Shown here in pieces: positions 38,512 to 46,979 of a stretch of 64,000 nucleotides of DNA. The stretch comes from Myxococcota bacterium (GTDB lineage Bacteria > Myxococcota_A > UBA9160 > UBA4427), in the NCBI GenBank assembly GCA_030748735.1, contig JASMLK010000157.1, forward strand, positions 9,278 to 73,277, written 5' to 3'. How positions within the stretch are numbered: the first letter of the stretch is position 1; every line of letters starts with the position of its first letter. The notes beneath the pieces were generated by a model. The model made no database searches, had not been told where the DNA came from, and was given only the letters and a program-made list of their open reading frames with translations. The position numbers were made by a program, and so were the translations under genes.

Positions 38512-40661
38512 AACGTCACTTCGAGGAGCCACGTCGCGCGATCGCCTACGTGGTTTCGTCCGTCCTTCTGTTCGCATTCGTGGTCACCACTGCGCGTGCC
38601 GACGAAACCGTCATGCCAGAGCTCGTGGCGACGATCGACGGTCGCGAAGTTCCGCTCCCGAGCCTGAAGAGCGACTTCGACGCGAACCTCCAGGGCGATC
38701 TCGCAACCGTGCGTGTCACCCAGACCTTCGAGAACCCCTACGACGCCCCCCTGCACGCGAGATACATCTTCCCGCTGCCGACCGACGCAGCCGTGTTCGC
38801 GATGCGGATGTCGAGCGGCGACCAGATGATCGAGGCGGAGATCCACGAGAAGAAACAAGCGCGCGCCGTCTTCGAAAACGCGAAGGAGCGCGGCAACCAG
38901 GCGGCGCTCCTCGACCAGCATCGTCCCAATGTCTTCACCCAGGAAGTCGCGAACCTGATGCCGGGGCTTCCGATCCGGGTGGAACTCGAATACGCCCACG
39001 TGGTCGAGAAGCAGGACGGCGCCTATCGCTTCCACATCCCCACGGTGGTGGGCCCGCGCTTCGTGCCGCGCGAGCTGGACGCGTCCCAGCCGGGTGCGCC
39101 CACCCTGCGCGAAGGAGAACCCGCGCCCCTCGTGATCGGCGCGTGGAATCTGCCGGCGAGTCCTCCCGTGGCCGCGCCCGACGAAGTGGACCGGGAACGC
39201 GTATCGATTCGCGTGGCACTCGCGGCGGGGATGCCGATCCAGTGGATCCAGAGTCCGACCCATCGCGTGCAGGTCGACCGACTGGGAGAGGCGAAGCGAA
39301 AGATCGAACTCGCTGCCGGTCGCACCGTCGACAACAAGGACTTCGAACTCCACTACCAACTGGCGGGTCATGAAGTCGCGGCGGGGCTCACGACCTTCGT
39401 CGATGGAATGGACGGCTTCCTGTCGCTCCTCATCGAACCGCCAGCCAGCGCACGCGATGCCGAGATCACGGCCCGTGAGATGGTCTTCGTGCTCGATTGT
39501 TCGGGAAGCATGGCGGGCATTCCGATGGCGGCGTCGAAGCGCTTCATGACCCGCACCCTGCAGAACATGCGCCCGAGCGATTCGTTTCGAATCATCCGCT
39601 TCTCGGATGCCGCGACCGAGTGGAGCGAGCGCCCGCTGAGAGCGACCCCCGCGAACATTCGCGCGGGCCTGCGTTACGTCCACGGCCTGAGTGGGATGGG
39701 GGGCACCCATATGGCAAGTGGCATTCGGGCAGCGCTTTCGCCTCGCGTCGAGCCGGGCGCGTTGCGCATCGTGGTCTTCCTGACCGACGGCTACATCGGG
39801 AACGACGTCGAGATCGTGCGCCTGCTCGACACGAAGCGCGGCGAGGCGCGGCTATTTTCCTTTGGCGTCGGAAACAGTGTCAATCGCTACCTGATCGAAG
39901 AGATGGCGAGGGTCGGCCGCGGCGCAGCGCGCATCGTTCGGCCGACTGAGGATGCCGAGGTGGCGGCCGACGAACTCGTCGAACGGCTCGCGGCCCCGGT
40001 GTTGACCGACATCGAAATCGATTGGAACGATGCCGCGGTGGCAGACGTCTATCCCCAGGAGATCCCGGATCTCTTTCTGGGGCAGACGGTGCGCGTGCTC
40101 GGACGCTTCGAGGGGAGTGGTCGCTATCGCGTCACCGTGCGCGGCAGGATCGCTGGCGATCCCGTGACGATGCCCCTCGATGTCGAGCTTCCGGGTCGTG
40201 GTGTTCGAGGCGAAGGCCCGGATGCACGAGCACTCCCCATCATCTGGGCGCGCAGCCAGATCGAAGACCGCATGATCGAGTACATCAAACCGAGCCTGCC
40301 TTCCCACGAGCGCGATGCGGTCCAGTCGGAAGTCACCGACCTGGGCCTCGCCCACCGACTGATGACGCAGTGGACGTCCTTCGTCGCGGTCGCGAAGCCG
40401 GTGGTGAACCCCGGTGGAGAGGGCCGGCATGCCGACGTCGCGGTCGCCCAGGTCGAGGGCGTTCCCGACACGGCGTATCCCCAGAGTGCGTTGCGCCACG
40501 GCGGCAACGGATTGATGCCGCCCGGCCAGAGCCCCCAGCTCCTGGTCAAGGCGGGCGGCTTCAACGGCCACGCGGCGCCGGAGCCTTCGACGTGGATCGC
40601 GCTGCTCGTCGTCACAGCCCTTGCGGGCATCTCGTTACGCCGCCCCCCAACGGCGCGCTAG
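38508..40661 (+). CDS. VIT + von Willebrand A domain protein with a PEP-CTERM sorting signal (candidate dedicated exosortase substrate)
   Basis: Signal/TM AYVVSSVLLFAFVVTTARA. VIT region (VRVTQTFENPYDAPLHARYIFPLPTDAAVFAMRM...). vWA MIDAS (VFVLDCSGSM). C-terminus AAPEPSTWIALLVVTALAGISLRRPPTAR. ATGA overlap with the exosortase gene. Confidence 0.85.
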   Translation: MKRHFEEPRRAIAYVVSSVLLFAFVVTTARADETVMPELVATIDGREVPLPSLKSDFDANLQGDLATVRVTQTFENPYDAPLHARYIFPLPTDAAVFAMRMSSGDQMIEAEIHEKKQARAVFENAKERGNQAALLDQHRPNVFTQEVANLMPGLPIRVELEYAHVVEKQDGAYRFHIPTVVGPRFVPRELDASQPGAPTLREGEPAPLVIGAWNLPASPPVAAPDEVDRERVSIRVALAAGMPIQWIQSPTHRVQVDRLGEAKRKIELAAGRTVDNKDFELHYQLAGHEVAAGLTTFVDGMDGFLSLLIEPPASARDAEITAREMVFVLDCSGSMAGIPMAASKRFMTRTLQNMRPSDSFRIIRFSDAATEWSERPLRATPANIRAGLRYVHGLSGMGGTHMASGIRAALSPRVEPGALRIVVFLTDGYIGNDVEIVRLLDTKRGEARLFSFGVGNSVNRYLIEEMARVGRGAARIVRPTEDAEVAADELVERLAAPVLTDIEIDWNDAAVADVYPQEIPDLFLGQTVRVLGRFEGSGRYRVTVRGRIAGDPVTMPLDVELPGRGVRGEGPDARALPIIWARSQIEDRMIEYIKPSLPSHERDAVQSEVTDLGLAHRLMTQWTSFVAVAKPVVNPGGEGRHADVAVAQVEGVPDTAYPQSALRHGGNGLMPPGQSPQLLVKAGGFNGHAAPEPSTWIALLVVTALAGISLRRPPTAR

Positions 40662-40677
40662 ACGACAGGAGGAACAC

Positions 40678-41385
40678 GTGGCCAGGATCCTGGTGGTCGA
40701 CGACGACGCACACATTCGCGATGTCGTGCGCTTCGCCCTCGAAAAGGCCGGGCACGCCATCAGCGAAGCCGCGGATGGCCGTGCCGCGCTCGATCAATGG
40801 GCGGCTTCGGGTACGGACCTGATCGTGCTCGACATCTTGATGCCCGAAACCGACGGCCTCGACGTGTGCCGGCAGGTTCGCCAACGCGATGACGTCCCGA
40901 TCCTGTTTCTTTCGAGTCGTGACGAAGAACTGGATCGCGTCCTCGGATTGGAACTGGGTGCCGATGACTACCTCACCAAGCCCTTCAGCCCGCGCGAGCT
41001 GGTCGCGCGGGTGAAGGGGATCTTGCGCCGCACCCGGGCGCCCGAGCGCGAGTGCTACGCGCGTCAGGCCATCGACCGGGGCGCCTTGCGGGTCGATGTC
41101 GATCGGCACACGTGCACCTGGCTTGGTGAACCGGTCGTGCTCACGGTGACGGAATTCGATCTGCTTCACGCCATGCTCGGCATGGCGGGCAAGGTGTACA
41201 CGCGAAGTGAGATCGTCGAGCGCGCGTATGGGCAGGGCCACCACATCACCGATCGCACCGTCGACAGTCACATCCGACGCATTCGCAAGAAGTTCAAGGC
41301 GCATGGCCCCGACCCGATCGAGACGGTCTACGGGTTGGGATACCGCCTGATCGTCGACCCGGCAGCAGGAGAGTCGTGCGCGTGA
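40678..41385 (+). CDS. OmpR/PhoB-family response regulator
   Basis: ILVVDDDAHIRD...LDILMPETDGL REC domain plus a winged-helix output domain (TVTEFDLLHAML...YGLGYRL). The GTG start is 6 nt after GGAGGA. Confidence 0.9.
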   Translation: MARILVVDDDAHIRDVVRFALEKAGHAISEAADGRAALDQWAASGTDLIVLDILMPETDGLDVCRQVRQRDDVPILFLSSRDEELDRVLGLELGADDYLTKPFSPRELVARVKGILRRTRAPERECYARQAIDRGALRVDVDRHTCTWLGEPVVLTVTEFDLLHAMLGMAGKVYTRSEIVERAYGQGHHITDRTVDSHIRRIRKKFKAHGPDPIETVYGLGYRLIVDPAAGESCA

Positions 41386-42962
41386 CGGCGGCCCCCGGGC
41401 TGGCATCGCGATCGTGGCCGCGCGTAGGTATCCGGGGGGTCGTACTGACGATCAGCGCGTTCGCGCTCGTCGTGCCGCTGGCGTCGATCGTGTTGCTGCG
41501 CATCTTCGACGACCAACTCATCCAGCGAACCGAAGCGCAGCTGATCGGGCAGGCCGTGTTGATCGCAGAAGCCTGGCGCGAGGCGTGGCGCGTCGAAACC
41601 GCGAGCGACATCGGAGCGGATCGCGAATGGGTTCCGCCACAGCGCCAGGGCGACCTCTACTTTCCGATCGAACCGATGCTGCAACTCGGCCAGGGCGTGC
41701 TTCCTCCAACCGACGAGCCCGAACGCTTCGCCCTGGTTCGCGAAGGACCCGCGTGGCGCGCGGGGCGCGCTGTCGAACCGATCTTGAGGCGGGCCGTACG
41801 CATGAATCTCTCGAGCGTGCGGGTGCTCGACACCAACGGTTGTGTGGTGGCATCGAGTGCAGGGCAGCACGGCGCGTGCATCGACGATCTCGCCGAAGTC
41901 GGACGTGCCCTTCGCGGTGACTACGCGGCCGTATTGCGTCACCGGGTCGCGGGAGGGCAGACGCCTCGGTACGACAGCATCAGCCGGCGCGGACGGGTCC
42001 GGGCGTACATCGCCCTGCCCGTCTTCAGCGGCGGGGAGGTGATCGGGGTCGTTCGTCTGGTGCGGACCGTCATCGACCCCGGCAAGGCTCTCTGGTTCGA
42101 TCGCTTTCGTCTGCTCAGCGTACTGCTGGGCTGCGCACTCTTGACCGCGGCGCTCTCACTCTTCCTTTCGCGCACGCTCACGCAGCCATTGCGCGACATC
42201 ACGCGCCGCGCGCTCGGCATTGCGCGCGGAGAAGGACGCCGACCGATGACCCTTTCGGGGCTCGCGCCGAAGGAGTTCGACGACATGAGCCGTGCCCTCG
42301 ATCAGATGATCGGCCAACTCTCCGATCGGGCCGAGTACATCTCCGAGTTCGCGGCGAACCTGAGCCACGAACTCAAGACCCCGATCACGGGGATACGCGG
42401 TGCAAGCGAACTCCTCTCTCAGCAGTGGGAATCGATGACGGATGAGGAACGGGGGCGCTTCCTCGTGAACATCGAAGCCGGTGCGGCCAGGATGGAGCGC
42501 CTGGTCAATCGCCTACTCGAACTCGCTCGCATTCAAAGCGCGCCAGAAACCGCTGAAGACGTCGACCTCGCCTCGTTCCTCGAGTCGCTCGTACGCGGCT
42601 ACGGCGCGCGGCTCGTTCTCGAAATCGAGGATTCGCCTTCGAGCATCCGCATCAACCCCGATCACCTCGAATCCGCACTGCGCAACCTGATCGAAAATGC
42701 CCTGCGCCACGGCGCCGGCCAACCAGTCGACCTCGACGTCGAGACGCGCGGCGAGCGGGTGGTCTTCCGTGTCCGGGATCGCGGTCCGGGCATCAGCAAC
42801 GGAAACCGCGACCGCATCTTCCAGCGCTTCTTCACCACCGAACGAGATGCCGGGGGAACCGGGCTCGGGCTCGCGATCGCGAGAGCCGTGGCCGAAACAC
42901 GCGGCGGTCGGCTCGACTTCACGAGCGACACCGGCGGAACCTGCTTCGAACTCGTGCTCTAG
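41376..42962 (+). CDS. Membrane sensor histidine kinase (2 TM, ~200-aa periplasmic domain, HAMP, HisKA, HATPase)
   Basis: TM1 GVVLTISAFALVVPLASIVLL, TM2 LLSVLLGCALLTAALSLFL, H-box SHELKTPITGIRG, NLIENALRHG, DRGPGI, GTGLGLAI. It overlaps the regulator gene by 10 nt. Confidence 0.9.
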   Translation: MRVTAAPGLASRSWPRVGIRGVVLTISAFALVVPLASIVLLRIFDDQLIQRTEAQLIGQAVLIAEAWREAWRVETASDIGADREWVPPQRQGDLYFPIEPMLQLGQGVLPPTDEPERFALVREGPAWRAGRAVEPILRRAVRMNLSSVRVLDTNGCVVASSAGQHGACIDDLAEVGRALRGDYAAVLRHRVAGGQTPRYDSISRRGRVRAYIALPVFSGGEVIGVVRLVRTVIDPGKALWFDRFRLLSVLLGCALLTAALSLFLSRTLTQPLRDITRRALGIARGEGRRPMTLSGLAPKEFDDMSRALDQMIGQLSDRAEYISEFAANLSHELKTPITGIRGASELLSQQWESMTDEERGRFLVNIEAGAARMERLVNRLLELARIQSAPETAEDVDLASFLESLVRGYGARLVLEIEDSPSSIRINPDHLESALRNLIENALRHGAGQPVDLDVETRGERVVFRVRDRGPGISNGNRDRIFQRFFTTERDAGGTGLGLAIARAVAETRGGRLDFTSDTGGTCFELVL

Positions 42963-43002
42963 CTTCTGGTCATGCGCAATTGCATTCAGGACAATCTCGT
43001 CG

Positions 43003-44343
43003 ATGGGTGACCAGGGCCCGACTTCATCACCACTGCGGCGCTTCATCAAACTCGGCAGTCTCGCGAGTCGGGTAGGAACGTCCGTGGCCGCTTCACGGGC
43101 ACTGGACTTCGTGCGGTCCGATCCCGCGGACCAGATTCGCAGCACGGAAAACCTCGTCAAGAACGCCATGCGCATCGTCGAGACCCTGGGTGAGTTGAAG
43201 GGGGCCGCGATGAAGGTGGGGCAGATGCTGAGCCTTCACGAAGGCATGCTGCCCGCCGAAGTGGCCAGCGTCCTGCGCGAACTGCAGCGCGAAGCGCCGC
43301 GGGTACCCGCCGAGGTCATGCGCTTCGAAGTCGAGGGCTCGTTGGGGGCCAAGATCGACGATCTCTTCCCGAGCTTCGACGAAGAGGCTTTCGCGGCGGC
43401 GTCGATCGGACAGGTCCACCTGGCGCGACTCGAAGACGGACGCCGCGTCGCGGTGAAGGTCCAGTACCCCGCCATCGACCAGATCATCAAGGCCGATCTC
43501 GGCAATCTGCGCAGATTGTTTCGCGCGATCTTCAGCATGATCACCGAGCTGGACTTCGAACCGATCTGGTTGGAGCTACACGACCGACTGCTGGAAGAAC
43601 TCGACTACCGCAACGAAGCCGACAACATGCGCCGCATGGCGGAGCTGCACCGGGACGTTCCCGAAGTCGTCATACCGGGCGTCATCGACGAACTCAGCAG
43701 TGATCGGGTGCTCACCATGGAGTACCAGGAGGGCATCAGCCCCGACGAGGCCTGCTCGAAACACTACGCACAGGAACAGAAAGACCTCTGGGGGGTAAGG
43801 CTCTTCGAATTCGAAATGCGCGGCTTCTTCGAGCACCGTTTCCTCCATGCCGACCCGAACATGGCGAACTTCGCGTTCCTCGAAGACGGCCGCGTCGTCG
43901 TCTACGACTTCGGCTGCATGAAGTCCGTCCCAGACACCCTCGTCGAAGGACTCGCAACACTCTTCCTCGCGGTGCACGAGGGCCGACAGCGGGAGGTCCC
44001 CCAGGTATTGCTCGAAATGGGCGTGTACAAGGAAGGCGAAGTGCGAACGCCCCTCCCGCTCGACTTGACCACGCCCTACGTCGAGATCTTCGGAGAGATC
44101 TTTCGCGACCGGCCGACCTATCGCTTCGGCGAAGACGCGGAGTTCTACGACAGACTCGTCGCCCTCGGGATGGCGAACTGGCAGAAAGCCACCGACATCT
44201 CGTTCCCCCAGGACATCATCTTCGTCAACCGGTCGCTCGGCGGACACTTCGGAAACCTGGCGCGATTGCATGCTGCGGGACCCTGGGGAGAGATCGTCGA
44301 GCGCTACGCGAACGAAGTGCTCGATCGCCAACCGGCGACGTAG
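43003..44343 (+). CDS. ABC1/UbiB (AarF) atypical kinase family protein
   Basis: KGAAMKVGQMLS, AAASIGQVHLARLEDGRRVAVKVQYPAI, HADPNMANF. The start was trimmed to ATG 43003. Confidence 0.85.
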   Translation: MGDQGPTSSPLRRFIKLGSLASRVGTSVAASRALDFVRSDPADQIRSTENLVKNAMRIVETLGELKGAAMKVGQMLSLHEGMLPAEVASVLRELQREAPRVPAEVMRFEVEGSLGAKIDDLFPSFDEEAFAAASIGQVHLARLEDGRRVAVKVQYPAIDQIIKADLGNLRRLFRAIFSMITELDFEPIWLELHDRLLEELDYRNEADNMRRMAELHRDVPEVVIPGVIDELSSDRVLTMEYQEGISPDEACSKHYAQEQKDLWGVRLFEFEMRGFFEHRFLHADPNMANFAFLEDGRVVVYDFGCMKSVPDTLVEGLATLFLAVHEGRQREVPQVLLEMGVYKEGEVRTPLPLDLTTPYVEIFGEIFRDRPTYRFGEDAEFYDRLVALGMANWQKATDISFPQDIIFVNRSLGGHFGNLARLHAAGPWGEIVERYANEVLDRQPAT

Positions 44344-44800
44344 GCTGAACGGCGACGGCGACGGTCTGCGAAACGCAGCCGAACCATCGAGACCAACGAT
44401 TCCGCCGCGCTCGCCTCGCCGCTGGCCCATTGGGTCACGCGGCCCGATACGCCGGGGCAGTCGACCGCTGCGGCTACGATTGCCCGAAATCCTCTGCGTT
44501 GCGAAGGTCGTCGAGTTCGCTGCGAACCTGTTGCAGGAACGGCACCGCGAGGCCTCCCGAAGCCACGAGACCGAGGCTGCCGCTGTTGTCCCCGTACCGG
44601 CCCGGCATGGTGTCGTCTCGAGGACGGGCATCGTGGGCGCCCGGCCGTTCGAAGATGCAGCCGCACGCCGTGCCTGACGCATTGGACGCATTGAGCGACA
44701 TGGGGATGGTGGCGAAGCACGCCAGTCCGCGAGCGCTCACTCGCTGGGAAAATGGGAGCAGTGGTACAAGAAGTCACACCCCGACTCGCCCGAATGAATT

Positions 44801-44814
44801 TGACGCTAGCGTCA
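44801..44814. promoter_or_regulatory. Perfect 14-bp palindrome TGACGCTAGCGTCA, candidate operator overlapping a TTGACG -35-like hexamer, 69 bp upstream of the acyl-CoA dehydrogenase gene
   Basis: Read directly; it sits in a locally AT-richer stretch (gaatgaatttgacgctagcgtcatcttttgattgcat). Confidence 0.45.
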
Positions 44815-44882
44815 TCTTTTGATTGCATCCGGTTTACACACCAATCCAGGGACTGCCACACACACCCTTGCAGGAGGTTCGG

Positions 44883-46079
44883 ATGCCCCTCGAAGACATC
44901 GACGTCGGTCTTTCCAACGAGGAGGGGGCCGTTCGTGACCTCGTCCACAAGTTCGCGGCAGAGGTCGTGCGCCCGGCCGGGGAGGAACTCGATCGCCTGG
45001 CGGATCCGTCCGATGTGATCGCGGCCGACTCCATCCTCTGGGGCGTATTCGAGAAGTACCGGGAACTGGGCCTCGAGGACGATGTGAGCGAAGACGACCC
45101 CATCGCCGCCGCGCGCATTCGGTACCTGGTGAACGAAGAACTCGGCTGGGGGGACTCGGGACTCGCCGTCAGTCTCGGCGTTGCGGGCTTCCCGAGCCTG
45201 TTCGCGAATCTCTCGGGGAACCCCGAACTCGTCGAGCGCTTCGCATCACCCGGCAACACCGAAATCGGTTGCTGGGCTGTTACGGAACCGGACCACGGCA
45301 GCGACACGCTCGGCGTGAACATGCCGCACTTCGACGACGCATCGATTCGCCCCAACTGCACGGCAACACTCGAGGGCGACGAATACGTCATTCGCGGCAA
45401 GAAAGCGGCCTGGGTATCGAACGGTTCGATTGCAACCGTGGCCACGTTGTTCTGCACCATCGATCCGAGCCAGGGCTTCAAAGGCGGCGGTGTGGCGCTG
45501 GTACCGCTCGATCTTCCCGGCGTCTCGCGAGGCAAGCCGCTCGACAAGATCGGTCAACGCGCGCTCAACCAGGGGGAGATCTTCTTCGACGACGTCCGTA
45601 TCCCGGCCCAATACATGGTCGTGGGCACCGACGCCTACAGTGGGATCGTCGAAATGGTGCTCGCGACCGCGAACGCGGCGATGGGAACCATCTTCGTCGG
45701 GGTGGCCCGCGCCGCACTCGAACACGCCCTCGCCTATTCGAGGGAACGCGTTCAGGGCGGCGTTCCGATCTTCGAGCACCAGAACGTCAAGACGAAGATC
45801 TTCCGCATGTTCAGTCGGATGGAGGCGGCACGCGCGCTTGCTCGACGTGTCTTCCTCTACAACTCGACCCAGCCACCGCTGATCGAGTACTCGATCGCTT
45901 CGAAGACCTTCTGCACGCAGACAGCGTTCGATGTCGCAAGCGATGCCGTCCAGGTCTACGGCGGGAACGGCTTGAGCCGCGAGTACCCGGTCGAGAAGCT
46001 ACTGCGAGATGCACGCGCCTCGATGATCGAAGACGGCTGCAATGACGTTCTCGGCCTCGTGGCTGCAGGCAAGCTCTGA
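44883..46079 (+). CDS. Acyl-CoA dehydrogenase family protein
   Basis: Three-domain ACAD pattern (GCWAVTEPDHGSD; ...YGGNGLSREYPVEKLLRDA). AGGAGG lies 7 nt upstream of ATG 44883. Confidence 0.9.
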   Translation: MPLEDIDVGLSNEEGAVRDLVHKFAAEVVRPAGEELDRLADPSDVIAADSILWGVFEKYRELGLEDDVSEDDPIAAARIRYLVNEELGWGDSGLAVSLGVAGFPSLFANLSGNPELVERFASPGNTEIGCWAVTEPDHGSDTLGVNMPHFDDASIRPNCTATLEGDEYVIRGKKAAWVSNGSIATVATLFCTIDPSQGFKGGGVALVPLDLPGVSRGKPLDKIGQRALNQGEIFFDDVRIPAQYMVVGTDAYSGIVEMVLATANAAMGTIFVGVARAALEHALAYSRERVQGGVPIFEHQNVKTKIFRMFSRMEAARALARRVFLYNSTQPPLIEYSIASKTFCTQTAFDVASDAVQVYGGNGLSREYPVEKLLRDARASMIEDGCNDVLGLVAAGKL

Positions 46080-46117
46080 ACAATCATTCCGCGAAAGACA
46101 CAAAGGAGTAGCGAGTC

Positions 46118-46906
46118 ATGGAACTCAGGCAGGTCATTGGCAACAGGCGATCCATCCGCTTCCTGCTGCCCTACAAGCCGGTCGAACCGGAAAAGATCCA
46201 GCGCATGTTGGAGGCAGCCCGCATCGCCTCGCATTGGGGCAATGTGCAGAGCCTGCGAGCCGTGGTGGTGTTCAAGGACAGTGCGTCGCAAGAAACGCGC
46301 GACGCTCTGCTCGCACCGGTCGCCGGCTTCCAGATTCGCCTCGCGCCGGTCGTGATCGTCTGGTACCTCGAGACCGCGGCCGTCGACGAGCAATCGGACA
46401 GACTTCGCCAGCTGCTGAAAGCCGGCGCGCTGGGTTTCGGCGAAGGCAAGGCAGAGGCCCTCGAGCAGCAGATCATTCCGCTCTTCGATTCGATCCGCGA
46501 ACAGTTGAAGGAGCCGGGGCTCAACGAAATCGACTGTGGCCAGGGCATCGCCCAGGCCACGCTCATGGCCTTCGAACAGGGACTCGGCACCTGTTGCCTG
46601 GGCACACCACACAGTGAGCAAATTCGGGAGAATCTCGGCCTACCCGAATCCTGCCGGGTGATCCTGCTGCAAACGGTTGGATACCCCGCCGAGAGCCCCG
46701 AAGCCGGTGGCCAGAGGCCTCGCCAGGACTTCGAAAAGCTCTTCCACATGAACCGCTACGGCGAAGCGTTCCCGCGCTCGCAGGAAGTGGTCGACGAGCT
46801 CGAGAACGACAACATGCTCCAGCCCCAGGCACCGACCGAATGGCGGGAAGCAGAACTCGACTACTTGAAGAACGCCCTCGGCGTGAAGGGTCACGGCCTG
46901 ATCTGA
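46118..46906 (+). CDS. Nitroreductase-family protein
   Basis: RRSIRFLLPYKPVEPEKIQRMLEAARIASHWGNVQSLRAVVV. Confidence 0.75.
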   Translation: MELRQVIGNRRSIRFLLPYKPVEPEKIQRMLEAARIASHWGNVQSLRAVVVFKDSASQETRDALLAPVAGFQIRLAPVVIVWYLETAAVDEQSDRLRQLLKAGALGFGEGKAEALEQQIIPLFDSIREQLKEPGLNEIDCGQGIAQATLMAFEQGLGTCCLGTPHSEQIRENLGLPESCRVILLQTVGYPAESPEAGGQRPRQDFEKLFHMNRYGEAFPRSQEVVDELENDNMLQPQAPTEWREAELDYLKNALGVKGHGLI

Positions 46907-46979
46907 GCCAGATCGTCGCGGCACGAGCCCAGGCCGGAGGCCACCGGGAAAGCGGCAAGAAATCCAACGAGGAAGACCC

